DNA from: Balanoglossus misakiensis
Taxonomy: Eukaryota > Animalia > Hemichordata
Direction of reading: 5' to 3'
DNA length: 64,000 nt
Assembly (NCBI GenBank): GCA_040954595.2
Contig: CM082596.2
Coordinates: forward strand, 11,214,454 to 11,278,453
A program made the translations under genes and the position numbers. The notes under the pieces are model-generated. The model saw only the letters and a list, made by a program, of their open reading frames with translations. It did not search any database and had not been told where the DNA came from. This document shows, piece after piece, positions 38,505 through 52,744 of this stretch (the stretch's first letter is position 1; each line of letters starts with the position of its first letter).

Positions 38505-39540
38505 TGCTATGTTACCTTTGAAGTGCTTGGCGGCTATACCGGTACAAGCATGCACAGATCTATGTTGATAGACGTTACTCATCACAGGGACCAGTGACTG
38601 TTATCTGCAAAAATGAAAAATATGCCAATAAGTATTTCTGTGTCAAACAGCACGGCAAAATGTATCTATGGACAGAGATGATCTCCTGTCTTCATGAACA
38701 ATATAATACGTTGTACAGGGGCCTCCAAATGAGACATTAAATTCTATGCTGTCATCCATGGCGTCTAGGAAATCTTTAAGAGAATAAGAATTATCTTATG
38801 TTACCCTCAGACACCACTTGGCTGCAATACAGGCATGTACACACATCCAGTTAGACAGATCAATGTTGATCACCAGAGAGAAACCATTATCTGCAAAAAT
38901 GGAAAATATGACAAAGTATTTTAGTGTAAAAAAACATGACAGTAAAATGTGTGGACAGATGATCTCCTGGATGGACAATACAATAAGTCACACACTGACC
39001 TCCAAAATGAGCAATTAAATTATATACATTCTTCTATGGGGTCTAGGAAATCTTTAGGAGAAAAATAATTATCTTATATGTTACCCTCAGACACCAATTG
39101 GCTGCAATACAGGCATGTACACACATCCAGTTCAACAGATCAATGTTGATCACCAGAGAGAAACTATTATCTACAAAAATGGAAAATATGACAAAGTATT
39201 TTAGTGTCAAAAAATAAGGCAGTAAAGTGTAAGGATAATCTCCGGGATGGACAATACAATAAGTCACACACTGCCCTCCAAAATGAGCAATTCAATTCTA
39301 TGCTATCATCTATGGGGTAAAGGAAATCTTAGAAGAACAATAATTATCTTATGTTACCCTTGCAAACTACTGTACTGCTTTACAGGCTTGAATATACATC
39401 TAGTTTGGCAGATTTTGATCAACAGCTAGATACCCCTTTCTGCAAAAAATGGAAAATATGCCAATAAGTATTTCTGTGTCAAACAACATAATGGTAAAAT
39501 ATATCTATGGACAGAGATGATCTCCTGTCTTCATGAATGT
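38505..39540. repeat. Diverged tandem array, ~270-290-bp unit, ~4 copies
   Basis: TATGTTACC...TCTGCAAAAATGGAAAATATG recurs at ~38508, 38797, 39077 and 39350. Confidence 0.75.
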
Positions 39541-39574
39541 AATGTACTTCAATGGCTGGTTACTCAAATTTAAT

Positions 39575-41108
39575 TTGCATACTCACACCACAGGAATAAT
39601 GTTACCTGGTTAGCAACTTGGCATCTGGACAGGAGGATATTGGGCATTATGGAAATCTGAAACTAATGAGAAAAAATTGTGTAAATAGACAATTATAGCT
39701 GACTGCTATGAACTTCAACTTGGCTCCAATCCATAATTATTTCTCGTTGGGTGCTCAGTTGTTTCTGGTTCAAAGGCCACCAGTGCAAAGTGTCCAGGAA
39801 AACACAAGAGACACGGAGATGTCACATGACTGCAAGCCATGAGCCATTATTTTGCATACTCACACCATAGGAATCATGTTACCTGGTTACCAACTTGGCA
39901 TCTGGACAGGAGTATATTAGGCATCATGGAAATCTGAAACTAATGAGAAAAAATTGTGTAAATAGACAATTATAACTGACTGCTATGAACTTCAACTTGG
40001 CTCCAATCCATAATTATTTCTCGTTGGGTGCTCAGTTGTTTCTGGTTCAAAGGCGACTAGTGCAAAGTGTCCAGGAAAACACATGAGACACGGAGATGTC
40101 ACATGACTGCAAGCCATGAGCCATTTATTTGCATACTCACACCATAGGAATCATGTTACCTGGTTACCAACTTGGCATCTGGACAGGAGGATATTGGGCA
40201 TCATGGTAATCTGAAACTAATGAGAAAATTTGTGTAAATAGACAATTATAACTGACTGCTATGAACTTCAACTTGGCTCCAATCTATAATTATTTCTCGT
40301 TGGGTGCTCAGTCGTTTCTGGTTTCAAGGCGACTAGGGCAAAGTGTCAAGGAAATCACAAGAGACACAAAGATGTCACATGACTGCAAGCCATGTACCAT
40401 TAATTTGCATATACTCACACCATAGGAATCATGTTACCTGGTTACCAACTTGGCATCTGGACAGGAGGATATTGGGCATCATGGAAATCTGAAACTAATG
40501 AGAAAAATTGTGTAAATAGACAATTAAAACTGACTGCTATGAACTTCAACTTGGCTCCAATTCATAATTATTTCTCGTTGGTTGCTCAGTTGTTTCTGGT
40601 TTCAAGGCGACTAGGGCAAAGTGTCCAGGAAATCACATGAGACACGGAGATGTCACATGACTGCAAGCCATGAGCCATTATTTTGCATACTCACACCACA
40701 GGAATCATGTTACCTGGTTACCAACTTGGCATCTGGACAGGAGGATATTGGGCATCATGGAAATCTGAAACTAATGAGAAAAAAATGTGTAAATAGACAA
40801 TTTAAACTGACTGCTATGAACTTCAACTTTTCTCCAATTCATAATTATTTCTCGTTGGGTGCTCAGTTGTTTCTGGTTTCAAGGTGACTAGGGCAAAGTG
40901 TCCAGGAAATCACAAGAGACACGGAGATGTCACATGACTGCAAGCCATGAGCCATTAATTTGCATACTCACACCATAGGAATCATGTTACCTGGTTACCA
41001 ACTTGGCATCTGGACAGGAGGATATTGGGCATCATGGAAATCTGAAACTAATGAGAAAAAACGTGTAAATAGACAATTATAACTAACTGCTGTGAACTCC
41101 AACTTGGC
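39575..41108. repeat. Tandem array, ~277-bp unit, ~5.5 copies
   Basis: TTGCATACTCACACCA recurs at ~39575, 39852, 40129, 40405, 40683 and 40960. Confidence 0.93.
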
Positions 41109-42414
41109 TGCTAACAATCCCCAACACCTGCAACAAATAATAAATAGTAAATATTAATTTATTATCATAGACTGGTTAAGTTTAATGTTACCTATGGTAC
41201 ACTTACATTGTATTTTCCCTTTTAATCTGGTGGGTAGTTAGCTATCTGATGTACATTAACCATTGTAAAACTCTAGGATCTGATAAACTTATTTATTTAT
41301 CCAATAGACTTACAAAATGTGAAAATATTTCTATTTCTATGGGAGAAACATGGACCGGTACTCAGTCAACTAATAATTATGGGGGAATAAAATTTCAACA
41401 AATTTAAAATTATTCCTGTAATTATCACCTGTCTATATTATGTACATTGTAATTGCTAAACTATACCATTCACTGGGTTTAGCTCCTTACTGGAAAATTG
41501 CCATTACAATTTATGCCCAGTTGTGGGTTTAAGAAAAATACACAGTGATAAAAACTGCAAAATTATTAATGGAGTTTTCAAAAGTTATTCCCTAAAATCA
41601 TCAGACATAAGTACTAAATTATCACTTAAAGCTAAGCCTACTAATCAATACAAATTCAGCAGAATATTTAAGCTCCACAGCTGAGGGTTAATGAGAAAAC
41701 AACACATTTCTTATTTATCATTATCATCATCATCATCATAATCATCATCATCATCACCATCATTGCCATCATCATCACCATCATCATCACCATCACAACC
41801 GTCATCAACATCAGTACAACCATCAATGCCATCACCATAACAACTAGCAATAATAATTAACATCAAAACTGCCAACACCATCACCAACATTAACAGGAAT
41901 AAAATCAAAATGTTGAATGACCCATGAAAATCAGAAACTGTCAACCAACAGCATTCTACAAAGTCACTAGTTTATTAATCTAGCTGAGGTGATTGTATTA
42001 TACTCTAAAATATTATAGGTTTATTATTATCAGTTTGTAAATTTTTAAGTCTAAGAATATTATAATATTAAAATTTCAAATGGCAATTTTTTATACGCAT
42101 AGCTGACATTATACACCAGTAATTCTGAATGTTCATTTACTAAATTATTGCAATTTCCAAAACAGCCATGTTATGTAAATTATTTTCCAATTTTCAAACG
42201 AGTGCTAACTTCACTGATGAAAAGGGGGAATTTAGACAAAGAGCTGTTGGTGAAACTGACTGGATGGTATTAAAACACAATTAAATACAGATCTGGAACA
42301 TAAATGTTATACAATGCAATGTTAAATCATATTATTTAATCTGGAAAGAAATCATGCATTTGCGACAAATCAATTGTGATCACAATTACCGGTTCAATGC
42401 AAACACTGTCTGGA

Positions 42415-45400
42415 AGTTTTCATATCAAGCTACAGTACCTGAAACAAAAATTTGTAATCACTGACACCCCCATCATTATGAATCGCTGACACCCCCACCC
42501 CCATCATTATGAACACCTTGGTTCACACAGGTTATTTGTTTACGATTGTGAAACACTGTTCACTTAAGAACACAAGCATAGTCAACTTATTAATGATAAA
42601 ACACATTATGGTGCAGCATTTTAATACTGCAGATTAGTTGAAGGTTTTCATATCAAGCTACAGTACCTGAAACAAAAAATTGTAATCACTGACACCCTCC
42701 ACCCCTGACAACCCCCACCCCCGATCATTACCAATTAGAACACCATGGATTCACACAGGTTGTTTGTTTACGATTGTGAAACACTGTTCACTTAATTAAC
42801 ACAAGCATAGTAAAATTATTAATGATAAAACACATCATGGTGCAGCAATTTAATACTGTAGATTAGTTCAAGGTTTTCATATCAAGCTACAGTACCTGAA
42901 ACAAAAAATTGTAATCACTGACACCCTCCACCCCTGACAACCCCCACACCCGATCATTACCAATTAGAACACATTGGTTTCACGTTGGTTGCTTGTTTAC
43001 GATCGTGAAACACTGTTCACTTAATTAACACAAGCATAGTAGAATTATTAATGATAAAACACATCATGGTGCAGCAATTTAATACTGTAGATTAGTTCAA
43101 AGTTTTCAAATAAAGCTACAGTACCTGAAACAAAAATTTGTAATCACTGACACCCCCCTCCCCTGACACCCCCCCCCCACCCCCAATCAGGATGAACACA
43201 TTGGTTCACACAGGTTGTTTGTTTACGATTGTGAAACACTGTTCACTTAAGAACACAAGCATAGTCAAATTATTAATGATAAAACACATTATGGTGCAGC
43301 ATTTTAATACTGCAGATTAGTTCAAGGTTTTCATATCAAGCTACAGTACCTGAAACAAAAATGTATTATGGCTGACACCCCCCTCCCCCGATCATTATCA
43401 ATTTGAACACTTGGTTTCACACAGGTTGTTTGTTTACGATTGTGAAACACTGTTCACTTAATTAACACAAGCATAGTAGAATTATTAATGATAAAACACA
43501 TCATGGTGCAGCATTTTAATACTGCAGATTAGTTCAAAGTTTTCATATCAAGCTACAGTACCTGAAACAAAAAATTGTAATCACTTACACCCCCAACCCT
43601 GACACCCCCACCCCCGATCATTACCAATTAGAACACCATGGTTTCACACAGGTTGTTTGTTTACAATTTTGAAACACTGTTCACTTAATTAACACAAGCA
43701 TAGTAAAATTTTTAATGATAAAACACATCATGGTTCAGCATTTAATACTGCAGATTAGTTTCAAGGTTTTCATATCAAGCTACAGTACCTGAAACAAAAA
43801 TTTATAATCACAGACACCCCCCACCCCTGACAACCCAACCCCGATCATTACCAATTAGAACACATTGGTTTCACACAGATTGTTTGTTTATGATCGTGAA
43901 ACACTGTTTACTTAATAACACAAGCATAGCAAAATTATTAATGATAAAACTCATCATAGTGCAGCAATTTAATACTGCAGATTAGTTCAAGGTTTTCACA
44001 TCAAGCTACAGTACCTGAAACAAAAAATTGTAATCACTTACACCCCCCAACCCTGACACCCCCCACACCCGATCATTACCAATTAGAACACCTTGGTTTC
44101 ACGTTGGTTGCTTGTTTACGATCGTGAAACACTGTTCACTTAATTAACACAAGCATAGTAGAATTATTAATGATAAAACACATCATGGTGCAGAAATTTA
44201 ATACTGCAGATTAGTTCAAAGTTTTCATATCAAGCTACAGTACCTGAAACAAAAATTTGTAATCACTGACACCCCCCACCCCTGACAACCCCACCCCCAA
44301 TCATTACCAATTAGAACACATTGGTTTCACACAGATTGTTTGTTTATGATCGTGAAACACTGTTTACTTAATAACACAAGCATGGCAAAATTATTAATGA
44401 TAAAACACATCATGGTGCAGCAATTTAATACTGCAGATTAGTTCAAAGTTTTCATATCAAGCTACAGTACCTGAAACAAAAATTTGTAATCACTGACACC
44501 CCCCACCCCTGACAACCCCCACCCCCGATCATTACCAATTAGAACACATTGGTTTCACACAGATTGTTTGTTTACGATTATGAAACACTGTTTACGTGAT
44601 AACACAAGCATAGTATAATTATTAATGATTATAAAACACATCATGGTGCAGCATTTTATTAATACTGCAGGTTAGTTCAAAGTTTTCATATCAAGCTACA
44701 GTACCTGAAACAAAAAGTTGTAATCGCTGACACCCCCCACCCCTGACACCCCCCATCATTATCAATTAGAACACTTGGCTTCACACTGGTTGTTTGTTTA
44801 CGATTGTGAAACACTGTTCACTTAATATGGTGCAGCATTTTAATACTGCAGGTTAGTTTAAAGTTTTCATATCAAGCTACAGTACCTGACACAAAAATTT
44901 GTGATCACTGACATCCCCTCCCCCATCATTATCAATTAGAACACTTGGTTTCACACAGGTTGTTTGTTTACGATTGTGAAACACTGTTCACTTAAGAACA
45001 CAAGCATAGTCAACTTATTAATGATAAAACACATTATGGTGCAGCATTTTAATACTGCAGATTAGTTGAAGGTTTTCATATCAAGCTACAGTACCTGAAA
45101 CAAAAAATTGTAATCACTGACACCCTCCACCCCTGACAACCCCCACCCCCGATCATTACCAATTAGAACACCATGGATTCACACAGGTTGTTTGTTTACG
45201 ATTGTGAAACACTGTTCACTTAATTAACACAAGCATAGTAAAATTATTAATGATAAAACACATCATGGTGCAGCAATTTAATACTGTAGATTAGTTCAAG
45301 GTTTTCATATCAAGCTACAGTACCTGAAACAAAAAATTGTAATCACTGACACCCTCCACCCCTGACAACCCCCACACCCTATCATTACCAATTAGAACAC

Positions 45401-46290
45401 ATTGGTTTCACGTTGGTTGCTTGTTTACGATCGTGAAACACTGTTCACTTAATTAACACAAGCATAGTAGAATTATTAATGATAAAACACATCATGGTGC
45501 AGCAATTTAATACTGTAGATTAGTTCAAAGTTTTCATATCAAGCTACAGTACCTGAATCAAAAATTTGTAATCACTGACACCCCCCCACACCCGATCATT
45601 ACCAATTAGAACACATTGGTTTCACACAGATTGTTTGTTTATGATCGTGAAACACTGTTTACTTAATAACACAAGCATAGCAAAATTATTAATGATAAAA
45701 CACATCATGGTGCAGCAATTTAATACTGCACATTAGTTCAAAGTTGTCATATCAAGCTACAGTACCTGAAACAAAAATTTGTAATCGCTGACACCCCCCA
45801 CCCCTGACAACCCCCACCCCCGATCATTACCACACTGGCTGTTTGTTTACGATTGTGAAATACTGTTCACTTAATAACACAAGCTTGGTAAAATTATTAA
45901 TGAAATTAATCACATCATGGTGCAGCATTTTAATACTGCAGGTTAGTTCAAAGTTTTCATATCAAGCTACAGTACCTGAAACAACAATTAGTAATCGCTG
46001 ACACCCCCTACCCCATTATTATGAACACATCGGTTCACACAGGTTGTTTGTTTACGATTGTGAAACACTGTTCACTTAAGAACACATGCTTGGTAAAATT
46101 ATTAATGAAATTAATCACATCATGGTGCAGCATTTTAATACTGCAGGTTAGTTTAAAGTTCTCATATCAAGCTACAGTACCTGACACAAAAAGTTGTAAT
46201 CACTGACAACCCCCTTCCCCCATCATTATCAATAAGAACACCTTGGTTTCACACAGGTTGTTTGTTTACAATTGTGAAACACTGTTTATG
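42415..46290. repeat. Tandem array, ~180-235-bp unit, ~18 copies, with variable C-rich segment
   Basis: AAGCTACAGTACCTGA recurs about every 225 bp from 42426 to 46168. Confidence 0.95.
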
Positions 46291-46474
46291 TTATAACACC
46301 ACCAATTCCATAGTGTAATATTATTAACTAGTTTGATAAATCAGAAACTTCTGAGTGCGTGGTTACTTATACGGTATTTCATGTTTGAGAGTGCAAGGTT
46401 ATGACATCCTCAAATCTGACTGGCCAGGTCAGAATGGGAACACCCACATGTGTGCAAGTTTTAATAAAATACAC

Positions 46475-46562
46475 CTGAGAGCATGACTGCACCCAGCAGA
46501 TCACCCATTTACAAAGCTTTGTGTCATAACATGTGAGTATGATATTTTTTATTTTTATAAGT

Positions 46563-46596
<34 letters not shown>

Positions 46597-46936
46597 CCAT
46601 CATCATCATCAGTATCACCATCTAAACCATCATTATCACTATCTAAACCATTATTATCACCATCACCATCAGTATCACCATCATCACCATCAGTATCACC
46701 ATCACTACCATTATTATCACCATCATCACCATCATTATCACCATCACCACCATTATTATCACCATCACCACCACTATTATCACCATCATCATCACCATCA
46801 TCACCATTATTATCACCATCATCACCATCACCACCATTATTATCTGAGAGCATGACTGCACCCAGCAGATCACCAATTTACAAAGCTTTGTGTTATTACA
46901 TGTGAGTATGATATTTTTATTTTTATAAGTATCACC

Positions 46937-46968
<32 letters not shown>

Positions 46969-47105
46969 CACCATCATCATCAGTATCACCATCACCACCA
47001 TTATTATCACCATCATCATCACCATCACCACCATTATCTTAATCAGTATCACCAGTACCACCAGATTCACCATCATTGTCATCACTATTATCACCACCAG
47101 TATTA
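46475..47105. repeat. (CAT/CAC)n low-complexity tracts within a local duplication; similar tracts at 41718-41890 and 47905-48035
   Basis: CTGAGAGCATGACTGCACCCAGCAGATCACC occurs at ~46475 and ~46844, each followed by (CAT)n. Confidence 0.85.
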
Positions 47106-47975
47106 TCATATTCAACACCGCTATGTTACGGTTAAAACTGCTGTACCAGTTAGTACAGATCTCCATTTACCATGGTAACTGTATTTAAATTTGCATGCAT
47201 GCATTTTGTCTGAAACACAGACGAACCCGTTTAATACATGATATATTTTACATGTCAAGCAAAATGGCTGCTACATTTGTACATTAAAATGATACGAGGC
47301 AACAGGGATTCATATGAAGTGCATTCCTAGAAAAAAGACAACTTTATTTAATTCATTTAATAACAGGCATATCAATGATATTTATCTATACCAGTCATAA
47401 ATTTTCACCAACAGCTCTATGTACTAGGATCATTTTACCCTGGTTTGTACAAACACATTTGCTTTGCAAAACTCTGTACACAGAATCACAAAGTATGTAA
47501 TGCCAACTTGAACTATGCATAAACATTAGGCTACCAATTCTGACGAATATTTAAGATGAATGTGACTGATTGTCTGGATGAAAATACATCTCTGTGTAAC
47601 GTATATTTATGGTTAAATTAAACCTTTAGTAACATTATTATTTCTGTTATTTTATACCACTACAACCACAATGCCAAAGCTAACGCTAGTAACAGATACA
47701 ACATTACAGCCATTATTCTGGAGTAAATTAAGACCACTAAGAAACAAATATTAACCACCTATACCACTCAAGACATATTCATTCTCCAACCTATTGCGTC
47801 TCAAAGTATCCTGAAGATTCACCAAAACCAGACAATACCACATTGACATATGCTCTGCAGAAACTACTATTATTGGTGTCTTTCTTACACAGATATAAAG
47901 AACTAATCATCATCATCATTGTTACTGTTTTTGTAACATCTTCATCATCATCATTGTCATCATCATCCTCATTAT

Positions 47976-48007
<32 letters not shown>

Positions 48008-49038
48008 CAATCATCATTATCATCATCATCATTGTAGTCATTATTTTTAGTTATTTTATTATCATCCTCCTATTATTCATCCTATTATTCCTAATCATTT
48101 TTTTTCTCATATTACATTTGTCTTTCAATTGTCATTGATTTTAAGAATATTACTGCTCCAATTTCAACATGACTGGTGTGATCATCCTCTTTGCCGTAAT
48201 TTGCATTTGAACATCATGAAGTTAATCCAAACTGAATAGCAGATGCCTACCATGTCGTTTTTAATCCTCCCTACCTTAAATAGGTTTTAAGCTACCTAAG
48301 TGAGTGATGCAAATCTCATTATATGATCGACACAATTTCAAGATGGCCGATTTTTGCCATGTTTAAGAAATGGGAGTTCATGAGCTAAAGTGATATTGAG
48401 TCTTTCTGAATCTTTGTAACAGAAAAAATAACAAAATGTGAAAAAAGTTTAATGAATTTGATATGTTAAGTACAAAGACAGACATGTTTGACCAAAGGAA
48501 GTCATAACATACAGTAAACATATCATTTATTCTATCTCTTACTACAGTGAGTTGTCGACTTTTTACCCAGAATGCAATTATTATAATGTGATTTGACCCC
48601 CTAGCACAAAGTGAACACCTATTAAAGGCAGCCAGAATTCTGCACCATCTGCCAATTATGCAATATTTAAGCTGTCAAGTAAAACAATAAAGTACATCGT
48701 ATACAAAATTTTACTTCCCTGCTCAAAGATCGGCTGCAATAATGTACATCTATTTCTGTAATCTTCAACTTTTTCCCACAAGTCCTGTCAGCTAGATCAC
48801 ATGGAAAGTTCCTCCTGCAATTTAAGAAAGTTGAAAACATTTTTGAGCACAAAATCAAAACTTTCAAAAAATATAGAAATCATGGGTAAGAGGAACTCAT
48901 ATGTTTTCATCTTCAAATTTGTATACAGTTGTTTATAAAACTGTTGCCAGTTCTCATCCACATATAAAAATGAGATAGCTACAGAGCCTTATATTATAAT
49001 CCTAAATTTTAAAATTTAGGAGAACATTTACTATAGTT

Positions 49039-49417
49039 CTAAGCAGGAAAGTTAAAGGACAAAGTCTCTCTTTGCTACCCTTTTCCCAATAATTATGTTT
49101 GATACAAGACACCGTTTATGTTAATGTATATGTGGATATATAGTGAACCAACGTTCAACCACACACAACTTCCATCCCGCTTGTAGACATTCAGTGAAAA
49201 ACTCGCCAAAATGAATAATCAGTGTCTACCATTTATTCATTTTGGGTGAGCTTTCACTCTCATATCATACAAGTGGTATGGAATTTGTGTGTTGTTGAAC
49301 GTACATTCACTACATATACAAATGTTCATTAACATAAACAGTGTGTTGTATCAAACCTAATTAATGGGAAAAGGGCAGGGAGAGAGAGACTTTGTCCGTT
49401 TAACTTCCTACGCTGAG
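49039..49417. repeat. Degenerate ~380-bp palindrome (fold-back, MITE-like)
   Basis: AGGAAAGTTAAAGGACAAAGTCTCTCT is mirrored by AGAGAGACTTTGTCCGTTTAACTTCCT, and symmetry continues to a centre near 49225. Confidence 0.75.
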
Positions 49418-52400
49418 AATACTGAAATACTTGAATAGACGCAGACATGGTCAATTGTCAATAGTCTCCTCAGTAAAAGTCCAGAAAATGTTACCACAGG
49501 CAGTTCAACATTAAGATGATACAGTTGGTGTTTGAATCAAGGGTGCTATTCTTTTGAACTTTATGCAAATGTGCAATTCAGATCATTGACTCAGAACAGC
49601 AGCTCACATTGTAAAATATTGGAAAATGCTTCACAAATCATCATTAATAATCATGATCACACCGAAAAAAGATTAGATAGCACAATTTTATTCCTACACT
49701 TTACATGGGGTGTAGTAAGTTGCAGTGCAGTGTACAGACTAAAACTGCAATGGAATTCTCTGCAATTCTTACTCTCAATCTTGCCTTACTTGATGAATAT
49801 TTTGTATACTAGTATGATTGTCATAATGGCAACAGAAAAAATGTCCCTCTCATTATCAAAAGGCCCTTAAAGCGGAGACCACCGGCAAAAATGACCTCAA
49901 ATCTCTGATCCTAGATTCACCACTGCACAAACACACATTGTGTCCGCTGTGGAAAAATCATATTGACAGGCTAAAAATATTGTGTATGGAGACATTTACA
50001 TAACCAAAACAAAAAAGTCCCACTATTTATACAAAGTATGTTTATCAGTGACCAGATGTGTTTGCCAACCTTTATATGCCAAGATTCAGAAGCGCAGCTG
50101 CAGCTGTTTCTGAGATCTAGGTGAACAAAAAATTATAATGACTCAAGAAAAAAGAAGAAAAAACTCCAGTAATTACAGTAGGGACCCAAGCGCCCTTAAG
50201 ACCCAAAACACCAAAAATTGCCCTAAGAACACAAATTTCACCAACACTTTTCATTACCTACTTGAGTTCCCACATGATAATTCCCACAAAATGTCACAGC
50301 AATATTGCTTCAAAAGTGGTAAAAACACAAGAATGCAAGTATCACCAGAATTGTACAATGTCTTACTTCAATCACCATAAGGAATGTGCCTACAAAAATT
50401 CAAAGCAATCTGACAAACGGTTTCATAGAAAACAATTTTTTGCGCAAAATCCCCCAAAATTGCCCCAAGAACACGAATATGGAAATTTCACCAACAAGGT
50501 ATGTACGACAGCTTACTTGGGTTATCCCTAGGAACATGCCTACCAAAATCCTAATGATTCTGGACAAGAGGTTTCAGAGAAATGATTTTTTACCAAAAAT
50601 CATAAAAATTACCCAAAAATTACAAATATGCAAATTATGCAACAAACTGGAAAAAATGACTTAGATTACCTATTGGAAGCTTCATAATAAATTTTAAAGC
50701 AATCAACCCATGATTGTTTACAGTCTATAATATAAAAAAAAGACTAAAATCTTCATAAAAATAGAAAATTCATGATATTAACTAAAATTTTGAGGACTGT
50801 GTGAGGTTCAGTGGTTGACATAAGGTACATTCATACCAATTTTCAAAGCAATTTGCCCAATAGTTGTTGAGTTTCAGAGTTTTGACCAATTTCACATTTT
50901 CAAGCTAATTTGCATATTTTTGAGAATGACAACTTCGTTTATATCAAGGTGATATGCCAAGTGGTTTCCAAGTTTTTATTTGGATTGACATACATACCAT
51001 GGGACCTAAACACAACGTTTCAGTCAACTTTATGAGCGTTGCTACTCTAGTGAAATTCAAATTGTAATTGCTCGGATAGAAATTTGTCTAGTCATGCTTT
51101 ATATGGATAGTTTTGGTTTGCTATGGAACTACTGACTATTTGGCTTGTTGTATGAATACGACTATGAGTAAACATTCATACAAACTCGTTATTATGATAT
51201 AAAAAACCTAAAAATGCATCTGAAACCCAATTTTTCGCTTACTATGAATATGTGTAATAAAATTGAATCCTTCGTCAATGCTGGCCGGGGTCACAAATTA
51301 TGTCACGGCATGTTTTTTCGTAAACACGATATTAAATTTAATTAAATAGGACCTAATGTACTCACTGAAACGTTCAAGTCGACCAACGATATTCCATGCA
51401 CACTGTGTAACATCTTCAGAGGGACTCCAGCATAAAATTTGGATTCAAACGCGCACACAAATCATAATATACTATTCTTCGTGTTCAGTGACGGCATCCA
51501 TCCCGAATATTCTCGTCAGAGAGATAAAGTGCGCCATGACACCTTTGTGACGCAATCGTGTAAAATTCCATTACGTTGGACAACTTCCACTGCCTGCGCT
51601 AGAAATACACAAGAAACTTGAACTGTTCATGATAAAACTTGCACCTGGACCTCTGGCGAATACTTGGAACCAGTATTTCAGGAATAATATTCCATTTTGA
51701 GGGCTTCGCGATCCATTCAATCCGAGCGATGGAAGTCAGAGATTCAAATCGCTACGCCATGACACCACGACTATACAGCGCCCCCAAGGCCATGTTTTGT
51801 TTTTGTCAGCTGGCTCCAAGTACGAGTGTTCATTGCAAGCCGTGTAATATATAAGGCCAGATGGCCCAGACTGCTATGAAAGTTTCCTCGGGCAGTGTAT
51901 CTAATACAGCGGATGTTATATAGCGATTCCCTTTCGCTACAGTCACGGTGACCAGCAAAGCCATCCTTTCCTTTTAGCATATAGCGCAGTCAGCGTGGGA
52001 ATGGGCGGGGGAACAGACCAGTACTGGAAAGTAAAACTGTAAAAGTAAAACGTCTTTTCATATTTTAATAGACGAACTCTGCAAAAGTTTTATTCCCAAA
52101 CATGAATTTTGAGATATTTAAAACTTGTATTTGATAGCAATTTAGGCCTACACTGGCCTACAGAATCAACATTTTTTCACACCGAGTAGGCTCGGATGCG
52201 TAACATTATGTACCGATCATGCCGATTTTGGAGAGAAAATTGTCCCCAAATGGCAAATATTTCCCTCAGCCCATAATTGGTGGGATAAATTCGTAGAGTC
52301 TGGTCGGAATGTCGGTTGATGAAGAGACGGGAACACGAGTAGAGTAGATTTAAACGCCAATGATAGGCCTATGACTTTATTTCAAAAAGGATCAACCGTG

Positions 52401-52535
52401 GATATACTGGACAAGGCCTGTAGTCCAGGCTGGACCCCACTCTGGAACGAACTCCTTTAGTGTAGAACAGGGTGTAGAATGAACTGAAATGTGTTGGAAC
52501 CCCCTGACTTTAGGAGCTGAAATCCACTCCTTTGT

Positions 52536-52744
52536 ATATGCTGTAAAAGACAATAAATTTTCGCGAAATACGCGCAAGCCAAAATAGCGTGAAAATAAAA
52601 AGTCGCGTAATTTTTTTTAAGATGACGACGCAGTGAATGAAATAAGAGAACGCGAATATTAAAACTCGGGAATTAAAACAGTGGCCTCTCTCGATATCGC
52701 GAAAATTTCAACTCGCGAAAATAAAGTGTTTAGGCCTAACAGTA
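52536..52744. mobile_element. Degenerate Tc1/mariner-type MITE with CGCGAAAA subrepeats
   Basis: CTGTAAAA start, repeated (T)CGCGAAAAT motifs, ...ACAGTA end. Confidence 0.45.

Noticed and set aside
46379-47166. Asp/Gly-rich and Met/Val-rich ORFs (also 41668-41944)
   Set aside because: Readings of (CAT/CAC)n microsatellites with no supporting gene structure.
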